Source: the human T2T-CHM13v2.0 reference genome, Homo sapiens
Reading direction: 5' to 3' (one strand)
NCBI RefSeq assembly: GCF_009914755.1
Contig: NC_060939.1
Length of the DNA stretch: 64,000 nt
Shown here: positions 20,801 through 33,595 of the stretch, piece after piece
Position numbering within the stretch: the first letter of the stretch is position 1
Layout: each line of letters opens with the position of its first letter
The notes under the pieces: generated by a model
The model's database searches: none
What the model was told of the DNA's origin: nothing
What the model saw: only the letters and a program-made list of their open reading frames with translations
Program-made: the position numbers and the translations under genes

Positions 20801-23189
20801 ATTTTGTCTCTCTGGAAATGCGATGATATTTATAAGGTACAGTGGCAACCACTCCCCTGATTAAAAAGGCTCATTCAGTCCTTGACTCTGAGAAATTTAA
20901 CTTACTTACAGGTACTTCATGTTGTTACTGCTATTTTACAAGTTCATAAGACACAACACTTGTCAGTATGCTGTCAAACGAGCTAAGAACAAGTCTTATT
21001 GTCTGATCCTAATGCTATTCTAGGAAGGTGTAACCTTTTGACAGCTATTCTGTGGCCAGATCTTGACAGAATAAGTTGAACTTGACTGTCTCAGAGTCAT
21101 TGAGGAAGACACTGGAGCATGGTCTAATTTTTCTAATATTCCTATTCCCAATGTTGACTGAATATTCATCAATATATTCTGTGTGAAAGACCCACAAAGG
21201 AATATAAAAGCATCTTCTACGGTAATCAACCCTCATGAAGCTTAGAGGCTTCTGTTTTTCGAAACATAAAATCAGCCCAAGTGGCAGAATTGTAGTTATT
21301 ATACCAGCTGTTAAATTAGCCACCAGTTATAAAGCAGATATCTATACTGGTAATAACTATATGTTTGTGGTCTGTTATGTGACTAGCCAACTTTGGAAGA
21401 ATAGATGCTAACGTCAATAGGAACTAAAATATTACATGAGAAGCTAATTTCTGATTTAGTAGAGTCATTCAAACTTCTCTAACAGATTTATGTAATTTAT
21501 TGTAGAGCTCACAGTGGAAAACAAGATTAACTCTTTAAAAAGAAATTAATTTGCAGACCTAGCTGTGAAGGGCTTCTGACGTTTAGACTGGGGAAATCAA
21601 ACCTCTATCACTTCTGTCCAAAACCTCCTATTCATAATTTCAGAAATAGCCAACTCTCTTAAGAATTAGAAAATTAGGAATGAAGGAGAACTAAGATGAA
21701 CACCATAGGAAAATGAGAATTACATAATGAAATCTTTCCTTTATTCCGATTGTTATATGATTGAGTGGCTTTTTCATGCCACCAACAAGTTCGTTCAAGC
21801 AAAAGGAATATGCTGACAACTTGAAATCTTTGTAATAGCATCATATAATTCAGGAAATAATATGAAGATATGCTCTTTGTCAGAAAAATTCTTTCCTTAC
21901 CTAAAATAAGTCAAGAAAGCCTACTAAGGCCCATGATACCTAGGATCTGCTGGCACAAGAACTTTATAGAACTTCCACCTTTAGAAGATAGTAAATATTT
22001 TTACCAGTGTTGTGTATTGGTGTCTGGATAGGCTAAAGCAGATGCTCAAACAGTGATCAAGCTCTTACTGAATCATATCATCTCAACCACTGGAATTCCT
22101 GAATATCTGGAATTCAGTAGGGGAATCATTCTGTATTTGTGGGAATTCGGGAATTTTGTAATACTCTACAAATACCAATAATTTACCTACCTGTTATCCC
22201 CAGTCTTCTGAACAAGTGGAATGAGTGAACCACATACCCTAAAGAATTATTTAGCTGAATTATTTAGCTAAGTTATGTAAAACCTTACCATCCGTTTCAT
22301 TTAAAATAAGATTAAATCCCTCTAGCAAGCCCAACATTACTCCCTTTGAGTTTGGAAGGTCTACTAATCTTGGGCTTAAGCCTAACCCTTTCTCTGATAC
22401 AATGGAAAATCCTCATGACCATATATGATACTTAAAGAGTTTGTGGGTTTCCCTAGGCTCACCTTGCCAACATGTGGCCAGATGCTGAAAAAGCCGCCTG
22501 GGGAAGTGTGTCATTGATATTGAACAGGAGATTCAGTCTATATCAAAGTGTTCTGATGACAGACTGTGACCACACTGGACAGAACCCTATCAAGTGTGGT
22601 TGAGAATTCATAGTGCTATCAAGATGAAGGAGAAACCCAAGTGGATACACGCTTCACATGTGAGACCAACATCCACCATCGAGTGGGGTATAATTCCCAT
22701 TTAGGACCTTAAGGATAAATTCTCTAGATAGTAACCTTGAATAATATGCAAGCTAAAGAGAAAAACTTATTTGATAGACAGCAGGAGAGATAGACTGTTT
22801 TGTTATTAATACGTTCTTCTTAATTATTTTGACCATTATAATTTTGATACTTAGTTTGTATTTTGATACTTAGTTTGTATCAATTGAACATAAAGCTTAT
22901 TATTAGTCTTTCTTTTAAAAGTTAGTATCTCAACCTCAAGGAATTTTGTGGTAATTAAAAATTGTCCTGAATATGAGATCAGGACTTAAGAAACCCCTTT
23001 CTTTGTCATAATACTTCAAACTCACCAACTGGATGATTTAAATTCAGAAGACATGAAAAATTTCAAATCTTCCCACTGATTAGTCAATATTACAAAAATC
23101 TTAAATATCATCACCCTTTGTGTTATTGAAGATACTGATGAGAAGAAATTTTTAACTAATTAAGTTGAACGTAATTATATTCAAATTGA

Positions 23190-23523
<334 letters not shown>

Positions 23524-23860
23524 CAACTCTAGATCTTAAATAGCCATGGGGGTCCAATTTAATAAAGCTTAAATAGACACACAGATGAGAAAATATCCCA
23601 GCCCAAATGGTGAGGGTTAGTTTCTTCAAAACCCCCAAAACGTATCATCACCTAAAAATGAGCTTACCCTGTTTAGAACCTGGCAGTCTCCAGTCCCCAT
23701 ACTTACAAACTCGAGGATAATTAAATGGTCTGTATCATTTAATATTACAATAGCTAATGTGAGTAAACTGAATTCTACTTGTACATGATAGGCTTTACCA
23801 CTATGAAATGTTTTTACACAGGGACTAAAATGGCACTATGATCAAACTGAAAGAGATTTC

Positions 23861-24137
23861 TTTTTTTAATAGATGGGGTCTGGCTTTGTTGCCTACACTG
23901 GAGTGCAGTAGCACAATCATAGCTGTCTATCGCCTGTAACTCCTGGGCTCAAGGGCTTCCTCCGTCTCAGCTTCCTGAGTAGCTGGGACTACAGGGACAT
24001 GCCACCATGCCTGCCTATTTTTTTTTGTAGAGTCAGGGTCTTGCTCAGGCTGGTTTCGAACTTCTGGCCTCAAGTGATCCTGCTGCCTCGGCCTTCCGAA
24101 GCACTGGGTTCGCAGACATAAGCCACCATACCTGGCC
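23861..24137 (-). mobile_element. Alu (AluJ-like, diverged)
   Basis: Antisense dimer flanked by agagatt direct repeats. Confidence 0.93.
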
Positions 24138-25226
24138 AGAGATTATTAAATACAGTATTAGGGGGAATAAAACTAGGACTACAATTGTAAACTCTTCTGA
24201 TATAGAAACAATTACTGATAAACAGTGCATTGGACAATTTGCAGAAAGATGCAAACATGATAGAATCAAAATCTAAACAAGATATGACAAAGAAAAACAA
24301 AAATGGAATTGGGAAAGCATTTGGAATTGGACATCTGGTAATAAAATTCTATTGCAAAAAAATATATAGTAAAGAATTTTCAGAAGCCTTCACTTGCATT
24401 AGTGCACAACCACTGGTTATTCAACAACTACAATGTATACTTGCTGGTACTGAAGTACAAGATTATACCTACTCAGACAAACAATTAGGTATTGGACATA
24501 CTACTGTCTATGTAGAGATTAAATGATAGTGTAAAAAGGTTGATCATATTATAGGTAAAAGAGCTGAAATCTGGCATTGCAGATTGAAATTTCTGAAAAC
24601 TGAAATAATAAAACTAATTTCACTAAAGTATGTACATTTTCTTATTTACATAGTTTATAATGTGTTATATAATTCATGAATCTTCAAAAGAAATATACTG
24701 AGCTATTCAATAAAAATTTACATTACAGCTTTAGGCCACCAAGCCCCATCTATTGATTATGTACTTGGTGTAAATTGGCGGGGGGAACAAAACAAGAGTG
24801 AAAACTGAGCCTCAAAATACAAAGCATGTAGCAAAACAGACTACTAAAATTATTCTCAATTTCTAAGCCCATTATATGATGCAGGAGAATTCTTATGTGT
24901 AGGTAATAAAGAATCTGTTCAAATATGCATCAGTGGTATGACAGTTTCAAATAACCCACTGAACTAGGAAATATTCACCACCAAGGAGGTCAGGTATACT
25001 GATTTGGTCAACCTGGATATTGACATGGGATGTTCTTACGGATTGACAGCTCCACTTGATGCTATCCTATCACAAAATATTATTACCTGATGTTGATATA
25101 ATTAACAAGTCAATACAAAAAGTAAGGTCTCTCTACAAGACAAGACTAACATCTCTGTAATATAAATGGGACTCTGAGTGTAATAGATTTAGGGTTTCTG
25201 CAAGAATTTTGAAAGTTAAGGATCCA

Positions 25227-25522
<296 letters not shown>

Positions 25523-26043
25523 TTAAGGATCCTACCAACAAAATTGGAATATGAGACTGAGGAAATTCCTATTCCAGCTAAACCCAGAATTGATTATGTT
25601 GATGAACACATGAATTTCATGTGTGTGAAAACATATGAACTCCTCATTGTCAGTCTAATGAGAGTGAAAACAACACATCGAAGATGCGGGGAGACGACAA
25701 TACAGAGTGGGCTCATAACTGCATTCTAGATACTGGGATTACTTTCCATTAAGGTATATAATTTTAGAATATCTCACAAATAGCCCATGCAAAATCCTGC
25801 GGAAAGGCAACCATAAATATAGAGAGAATATGTAAAAAAGTGGCATGGTCTAGTATATGCCAAACAAGGCAAGGGTATACAAAAACCTCAAGGTCCCAGT
25901 ATGACAAATCATGCTTGTATTGCACACCCATTAAAAAGTCTTCTAAAAAGTTTTTTTAATGGTGTGCAGGCAGGTTTATTCAGAAAAAGCTCGGATTCAT
26001 ACTTGTAAAAGTCTGAGAAAAGCATTAAAATGCTATTATGATA

Positions 26044-26451
26044 CAGTTGACCCAAACAACACAGGTTTGAGCTGTGCAGGTCCACTTATCTGTGGATTTT
26101 CTTCTACCTCTGCCACTGAGACAGAAAGACAAACTCCTCCTGCTCCTCAGACTACTCAGCATGAAGATGAGGATGAAGACCTTTAGGATGATTCACTTCT
26201 TCCTAATGAATAGTGAATGTATTACTTCCTTAATAACGTTTTTTTTTCTCTAGCTTCTTGTAAGAATACAGTATATAATATATGCAACACAAAAAATACG
26301 TGTTAATCAACTGCTTTATGTTATCAGTAAGGCTTCCAGTCAATGGGAGACTAACTACTAATTAAGTTTTTGGGGAGTCAAGTTATATGCAGATTCTCCA
26401 CTGAGCAAATGTTCAGCACTCTTAACTCCTGTGGTGTTCAAGTGTCAACTG
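26044..26451 (+). mobile_element. Tigger2a-like DNA transposon
   Basis: TIRs CAGTTGACC...GTGTCAACTG with TA target duplication; internal gaagatgaggatgaagacc motif. Confidence 0.88.
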
Positions 26452-27289
26452 TATATATGTTTAAGAGTTATTGTTTACCCAGTAGATCAAGCCAAGACCA
26501 AGTTAGGTTTATGTGTTTTTGGCTTAACCTAAGAAAATGTTCAGACTAAAGCAGTCCATCAATAGAACAGACTGCCTTTTAAACCAGGGAACAACTTGTC
26601 TTTGTAGGTATTTTAGGTATATGAATGACCATATGTGATCTGCTTTGGGTCATCTATGGTCCCTTCCAACTTAAAACTTCTCTATTCATGAACATTGCAT
26701 AACTGAATTGTGGATTTCATATAAATAATATCTTGTTGCCTACTTTAGGTTTGAAATGTTTTCCTTCTCAGTTGCATAGATATGTATAGCACCATCCCCA
26801 CTATGAACTCTCATGTAGAAAATACCAGATTCTAAAGTCATCTGTGAGGCTAAATGTCAGACTTAGGCACTTCCACATAATGCTGCAAAAAGCAACAGCT
26901 TAAAGGTATTACTTGCTCAACATGTCATTCCAAACACATACACTATGATTAGCAGCTGAATTTAACAGTATCTTTCCACTTTGAAAAACACTTTATATAC
27001 CTTTACAAAGAAGCCATAGTATCTCAGGGTAGAAAAACTCAACAGGTAGAAAACATGGCCTTCTCTTAGAAATGAGCTACATAATTTTGAGTACTTATCT
27101 CAAAATCATTGCAGAAACATATCTAGTGCTTATGGAAAAAGAATCAAAAGATCTTTTTTTTTAGCTAAAGATTTTGAGTTTTTCTTGTGACATTTAAGTC
27201 TTTTAATGTATGCTGATTTTTATGATTATCTAACTGTTTCATAATGGTTATTCTTGCCTCCATGAAAGGGAAGACTAGAACAAAAACCT

Positions 27290-27460
27290 GACAAGAACAA
27301 GTTCTAGCTCCATCACCGACTTACTGAGTGACCCTAGGCAAATCATGTGGGCTCTTTCTTGTGTTTTAAGTTTTACCTCCAATGAAGTAACTGCCTCAGA
27401 CTAGCTGTGAAGCTCTCATAAAGTGATGGATTTGAAAATGCCTTGCAAAGAATGAGCAGT
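27290..27460 (+). mobile_element. MIR SINE fragment
   Basis: Core-like gttctagctcc...acttactgagtgaccctaggcaaatca. Confidence 0.5.
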
Positions 27461-27784
27461 TAATACATAGAAAGTTTCATGTACTTCCGTATATTGCATG
27501 ATGCCCACCCAGGGTTAGGTTGATAACAGTTGTTGATCCAATAATGAAAGAAATAAAAAGAACTCTTTAAAATAACGAAGTAAAATAGCTAATTTTCCTG
27601 TTGTAGTTTTAAAAATTATATAAACTATATAACTAAACATATTTATGTTTATTATATATAATATGATATGCAATTACATAAGACATTATTATATAATGTT
27701 TTTATATAATGCTTAAGTAATTAAACAATTATATTTAAATATAAGTTATACTTTCCTTCCCCAGATAAGACAAAGAACCTGTTT

Positions 27785-28366
27785 ACTTCTCTGAGGGATT
27801 TATTGGTTCCTGTGAAATCTGTGGAGGCCGCTAACACTCCATAGCCAGAGAATGACAACATATGATTTTCTTTTCAGTCTTGTAGTATCCACAGTAGTGA
27901 TGTCTGTCCATGTACAAGTGTCTGTCCAGGACATCCATTAAATTCCATGCCTGCTCTGTGTGTTATGGGGGCAGGGACAGAAGACAGATTCACTGGTGGT
28001 ACTTTCAAACAATGTGGTAGGCCTTCCTTTTGGGGTCTGCCATGACAATGATACCCCAGGCGGCAATGCTAAGGCCCATGACCATCTTCATAATGGTCCA
28101 TGGACCCGGGGGGTATCCCATCTTCATGGGCTTCTGTGCCACCCAGTACACATACCCGCCTGCCCCCATCAGCCGCAACCCAGAAAGCACGTGACAGCTC
28201 CAGCAGGTCTCCAACAGGTGGTGTTCTGCTGGTGAGGTCGGCGATCCGGGTGTAGCTGGGGTTGCAGGCTTGGCAGGCACGGCGGCGGTATCGGGAGGCA
28301 CAGCGATCTTGAGGGACTCAAAAGGCTGGGACAACTGAGACCCCGTGTTCTGGAACTCGGCCTCCC
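27785..28366 (-). pseudogene. DMAC1P1: Processed pseudogene of DMAC1/TMEM261 (mitochondrial complex I assembly factor)
   Basis: Intronless frame 28346-28005 reads (T)GSQLSQPFES...CWSCHVLSGLRLMGAGGYVYWVAQKPMKMGYPP...ADPKRKAYHIV*, matching DMAC1 as I recall it. Start codon is ACG. 3' UTR follows, with AATAAA at 27799-27804 on the minus strand. Confidence 0.92.
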
Positions 28367-29205
28367 TAAAAATTATGTTTTAAAAAATACATAGAATCGG
28401 TAAGATGAGGAAAAAGCATAAAACGGTCAAAAACACTGGGATAATTCAAGGTTCATTTTGACAATGGTAATACAAATAGAAAAACTGACAAAAAAGAAAA
28501 TACATCTTACATTAGAAAACATACAAGAGTAGTTGTATACAAACGAAGATACGTACCAAAAATAAGTTACAAAATATGAATGCATATACATAAAAAATGT
28601 AGTTTCAAACAATTCAAAAGTAAAATGATGCAAGACATTAAAATATTCACAAACACGCTCGAAAAATAAGAGCTGACGCCCAAATTAGACGAGTTCAACG
28701 GAAGTGTGGGGTGTGGTTGGGGATCCGCCGCAGAAATCACGTGGCGCCCAGGCCAAGGCTGCAATTTCCCATGCCGCTTGGAGAAGACGCCTGGGAGGGC
28801 TCCCACCATGCCCAGGGGCAGGCTATGTGACTGCCCGGTCTGCAGCTGTAAGTGGTTTCTGGGCCAGTCTCTTTGTCTGGTCATGACCTGGTTGGTGGCC
28901 CTAGCTTGTGCCGAGTGGTCCCGGAGTGGCCCAGGGGGTTGTGTGTGGGGAGCCAGCGTGGGCAGCGGAGGTGCTCCCTGGGGCCTGCAGTAGGGCACAG
29001 CCTCTGCATCTTGTGTGAGCCCAGTGACCCGCCTGTCCTGTCCTTCCAGGGTTGGGTGGCAGGGAGGGCCAAGGGTGCCCTGCGTCCGTGACGGGTCAGC
29101 GTTTCCAGCAAATGGGTCCATGGAGGGAGAGCCTAGCTGAGCCGGCGGGCTCTACCACCTTCATGAGGTTCTGTTTGGACACCTGTCCTACTCCTGTTCC
29201 CCCAG

Positions 29206-29336
29206 ATGGTGACCACGGAGGAAGACTTGTGTTGGGCCCAATGGCCCTCGGCCAGTGTCCGTCTGCCAGGTGCCAGCCCCCAGTGCGCTGAAGCTCAGGC
29301 CATTCCTGATGCCCTGGCCTCCTGCACTGAGTTGTG
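29206..29336 (+). other. Predicted 131-nt non-coding host exon upstream of copy 1 (homologues in most units)
   Basis: Acceptor ctcctgttcccccAG ending at 29205; donor GTG|GTGAGC at 29337. Both motifs recur in most units. Confidence 0.65.
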
Positions 29337-29391
29337 GTGAGCCCATCTGGGTCCTGCTGGATACATGGGCGGGGAGGGGGGTGCCCTGGGT

Positions 29392-29475
29392 TGTGTTGAT
29401 GATGAGAACCTTATATTATCCTGAAGAGAGGTGATGACTTAAAAATCATGCTCAATAGGATTACGCTGAGGCCCA
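29392..29475 (+). ncRNA. SNORD115-1: C/D box snoRNA SNORD115 copy 1
   Basis: Box C ATGATGA 29399-29405, D' CTGA 29421-29424, C' GTGATGA 29431-29437, guide ATGCTCAATAGGATTACG 29448-29465 (complement of HTR2C exon Vb), box D CTGA 29466-29469. First copy of the array. Confidence 0.97.
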
Positions 29476-29717
29476 GCCTAGGTGAGAATTTTGGAAGAGG
29501 ATGCTGGGATCCAGAGGCCCCCGACGGGGCCACTGTATTTCGGGCTGCAGACCTAGAGGCCCTGAAGGGCATCTGAAGGTGGCCCAAGCCTATCTCTGAG
29601 CAACCCCGTGAGGCAGTCAAGGATCCCTGTGTGGGCATAGGCTGGGGCTCTGGTTCCCTAGGGGCAGGGCATGTGGGTGGCTCCTCCCTGACCCCCATTC
29701 TCCCCTGTGTCTTTCAG

Positions 29718-29762
29718 TGAGCTCTTCTGCCCAGGCAGGCCCCCTGGCATTGACCGGCATAG
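29718..29762 (+). other. Predicted 45-nt host micro-exon downstream of copy 1 (homologue in each unit, e.g. 31620-31664)
   Basis: Acceptor ttctcccctgtgtctttcAG ending at 29717; donor TAG|GTGAGT at 29763. Strongly conserved across units. Confidence 0.7.
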
Positions 29763-31303
29763 GTGAGTGGATCCTGCTGGGGTCATGGGCCATGAGCCAG
29801 GCTGCTGGGGTCGCCAAGGGTCAGCCTTTGGGACAGGAGGGTTTCCTTAGGGAGCCAACCTGAATCCCCACTGGGGAGGGCTAGGTTCTCCAGGAGGGCA
29901 GCTTCCTTGGGAGTCTGACCCAAGGAGGATATCTTCTCTAAAGCCCTGCAGTGGTGAGGGTGGTCCAGGCAGCAAAGGGTTCCTTCAACCCCACCCAGGA
30001 CAGCGCCCAGCTGAGACTCAGTGTGCAGGTCTGGCCATGAGGACTGCCCAGGTCACATAAGGGGGTCCATAGGAGCTCCGGGGCACCACAGGGGTCACAC
30101 AGGAGCTCTCCTTCCCCAGAGAGGGGTGAGCGATTGGGCCTATGGGGTCAGGCCTTTGGAGATCAAGGATTGGGCCCCACCCATGAACCTGAATGGGACT
30201 GAGCCTTTGAGCAATGGACCATCCCAGTGGTGCCTCGGAGCCTAGTCGGGGGTGATGTGGCTTCAAGGGGGTTGGGTCAAGGCTGAGCTCTGGCCGGTGC
30301 CTGGTAGTGCTGCAGGCTGGCCCTGGGACTCGCTGGCTTTGGGCAAAGGGGCCAGCCCGTGTCCCACTGGAGGTCACCCCTTCCCTGTGGGCAACTAGCA
30401 GGAAGGGTGGCATCCTTAGCTGGGAAGGCCCACTGTCGAGGGTCCTGTCCAGGGAATTTGCCTCCCAGGCTTCTTCTGATCCACGGACTCACCTCCAGGG
30501 TGGTGGGGTCTTGGGCCCGAGGAAAGGAGAAGATACCCTGTGTTCCCCAGTTGGCTGAGTGTGGCTTGGCTCTGTGTTTGGGAGGTGTGTAGGGTATGAA
30601 TGGGGACCCACCAGAGAACACACATGGCCCAGGGCCCCAGGTTATGATTTCCCATGCACACTTGGAGAGAACTCTGGGTGAGTGCCCTCCACTCCCAGGC
30701 ACAGGCTATGCAACTGCCAGGTCTGCAGTGGCATGTGGCTTCCAGGTCAGCCTCCTTGGTTGGCCATGAGCAGGTTGGTTGCCCTGTCCTGTGCCCAGTG
30801 GTCTTGGAGTGGCCCAGGGGTCCTGCAGGGGAGCTGGTGTGGGTAGTGGAGGTGCTTGTGGGGCCTGCAATAGAGCGCAGCCTAGGTGCCTTGCACGAGC
30901 TCAGTGACCCACCTGCCCTGTCCTAGTCCTAGCTCAGTGACCCACCCCCGCTTTGCAGTGATGGGGAGTACCAAGCGTCTCCTGCGTCTGTGATGGGTCA
31001 GTGTTCCCATCACATGGGTCCATGGAGGGAGAGCATGCATGAGCTGGCACCACCCACCACCTTCCCACTATGGAGGCGTGAGGCCATGTTTGGACACATG
31101 TCTTCTTGTCCCCCCAGACAGTGAGCCTGGAGGAAGACTTGCCCTGGTCCCACTGTCCCTGGGCCAGTGTCCATCAGCCAGGTGCCCAGACCCCAGTGCG
31201 CTGAAGCTCAGCCCTCCCTGGCACTCTGGTCTCCTGCACTGAGCTGTGGTGAGCACATCCAGGTCCTGCTGGATGTTTGCATGGGGAGGGGCTTTCCCCG
31301 GGT

Positions 31304-31387
31304 TGGGTCGATGATGAGAAGCTTCTGTTTTCTTGAAGAGAGGTGATGACTTAAAAATCATGCTCAATAGGATTATGCTGAGGCCCA
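31304..31387 (+). ncRNA. SNORD115-2: SNORD115 copy 2 (diverged 5' half, D' TTGA, guide ends TATG)
   Basis: C, C' and D boxes intact; numbering by order. Confidence 0.93.
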
Positions 31388-32542
31388 GCCTAGGTGAGAA
31401 TTTTGGAAGAGGATGCTGGGATCCCCGGCAGGAGGGATTTTGGGCTGGAGACCTGGAGGCCCTGAAGGGTATCTGCAGGGGCCCCATCCCTGTCTCTGCA
31501 CTTGTCTGTGAGGCAGCCCAGTTTCCCTGTGTGGGCTTCGTGTCAGTGCTCTGGTTCCCTGGAGCAGGGCACGTGGGTGGCTCATCCCTGAAGTCACGTT
31601 CTCCCTTTGTGTCTTTCAGTGAGCTCTTCCGCCCATGAGGGCCCCCTGGCCTTGAGCAGCATAGGTGAGCGGATCCTGCTGGGCTCATGGACCAGGCCAC
31701 ATGGGGTCACTGAGGGTCAGCCTTCAGGACAGGAGGGATTCCTCAGGGAGACAACCTGAATCCCCACTGGTGAGGGATTGGTTCTCCAGGAGAGCCACCT
31801 CCTTGGGAATCTGACCCAAGGAGGACACCTTCCCTGAAGCCCTGCAGGAGTGACAGTGGTCCAGGCAGGAAAGGGTTCCATTAGTCCCATGCAGGGCAGC
31901 TCCCAGCTGAGACTTGGTGCTAGGGTCTGGCCTCGAGGACTGCCCAGGCCACATGAGGCAGGGTCTCAGGCTGCTATTTCCAGTGCATGCTTGGAGAGGG
32001 AGCCTGGGTAGGCCCCCTCCCTGTGCAGGGGCAGGCTGTGCATCTGCTGGGGCTGCAGCGGTGCCTGCCTTCAGGACCAGCCTCCTTGGTTGGCTTGAGC
32101 TGGATAGTGGCCTTGGCCCCACCCAGGGGTCATGGTGCAGCCCAGGAATTGCAGGGGAGCTGGCATGGGGAGTGGAGGTGCTCCAGGGGCTTGCAGTAGG
32201 GCACAGCCTGGGCATCTTGCTTGAGCCCAGTGACCAGCCTGCCCTGTTTTCCAGGGTTCAGTGGCAGGGAGGACCAAGGGTCCCCCACGTCCATGACTAT
32301 CACTGTTTCACATGGATCCCATCAGGTGGGTCCATGGAGGGAGAGCATGTGTGAGTCAGCACCCCCTGCCTCCTTTCCCGCATGGAGGCATGAGGTTCTG
32401 TTCGGACACTTTTCCCTGTCTCTCCAGATGGTGACCCTGAAGGAGGACTTGTGTTGGGCCCAATGGCCTGGGGCCAGTGTCTGTCAGCCAGGTGCCCAGC
32501 CCCTGGCGTGCTGAAGTTTGGGCCCTTCCTGGTGCCCTGTTC

Positions 32543-33517
32543 TATCGGGGGAACCCGCCCCCAATAATTCAACGTAGGTCCTTTTCTATTTTCCCTAAGT
32601 GTCGGCCGGTCTGAGAAATAAAGGGAAAGAGTACAAAAGAAAGAAATTTTAAAGCTGGGTGTCCGGGGGAGACATCACATGTCGGCAGGTTCCATGATGC
32701 CACCCAAGCTGCAAAACCAGCAAGTTTTTATTAGTGATTTTCAAAGGGGAGGGAGTGTACAAATAGGGTGTGGGTCACAGAAATCACATGCTTCACAAGG
32801 CAATAAAATATCAGAAGGCAAATGAGGGCAGAGCACCAGGGCCAAATTGAAATTGCTAATGAAGTTTCGGGCACGCATTGTCATTGATAACATCTTATCA
32901 GGAGACAGGGTTTGAGAGCAGACAACCGGTCTGACCAAAATTTATTAGGCAGGAATTTCCTCGTCCTAATAGGCCTAGGAGCGCTTCGGGAGACCAGGGC
33001 TTATTTCATCCCTTATCTACAACTGTATAAGACAGACATTCCCAGAGCGGCCATTTTAGAGACCTCCCCCTAGGAAGGCATTCTCTTTCTCAGGGTTGTT
33101 CCTTGCTGAGAAAAATAATTCAGCAATATTTCTCCTATTCGCTTTTGTAAGAAGAGAAATATGGCTCTGTTCCGCCCGGCTCTCAGGCAGTCAGGCCTGA
33201 TGGTTGTCTCCCTTGTTCCCTGAACATCGCTGTTATCCTGTTCTTTTTTCAAGGTGCCCAGATTTCATATTGTTTAAACACACATGTTTTACGAACAATT
33301 TGTGCAGTGAACGCAATCATCACAGGGTCCTGAGGCGAAATACATCCTCAGCTTACGAAGATGACGGGATTAAGAGATTAAAGTAAAGACAGGCATAGGA
33401 AATAATAAGAGTATTGATTTGGGAAGTGATAAATGTCCATGAAATCTTCACAATTTGTGTTCTTCTGCCATGGCTTCAGCAGGTCCCTCCGTTTGGGGTC
33501 CCTGACTTCCCTCAACA
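32543..33517 (-). mobile_element. Solo LTR, MER11 family (HERV-K11/HML-8)
   Basis: Minus strand begins TGTTGAGGGAAGTCAGGGACCCCAAACGGAGGGACC and ends GGTTCCCCCGATA. AATAAA at 32727-32732. 6-bp TSD ctgttc (32537-32542) / ctggtc (33518-33523). Confidence 0.92.
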
Positions 33518-33595
33518 CTGGTCTCTTCCACTGAGCCTTGGTGAGCCCATCTAGGTCCTACTGGATGCATGTGTGGGGAGGGGGGTGCCCTGGGT

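Noticed and set aside
27610-28381. Possible target-site duplication (taaaaattat at 27610-27619 and 28367-28376) and decayed poly(A) tail for the DMAC1 retrocopy
   Set aside because: A 10-bp match in extremely AT-rich sequence could be chance, and there is no clean poly(T) tract; not used to set boundaries.
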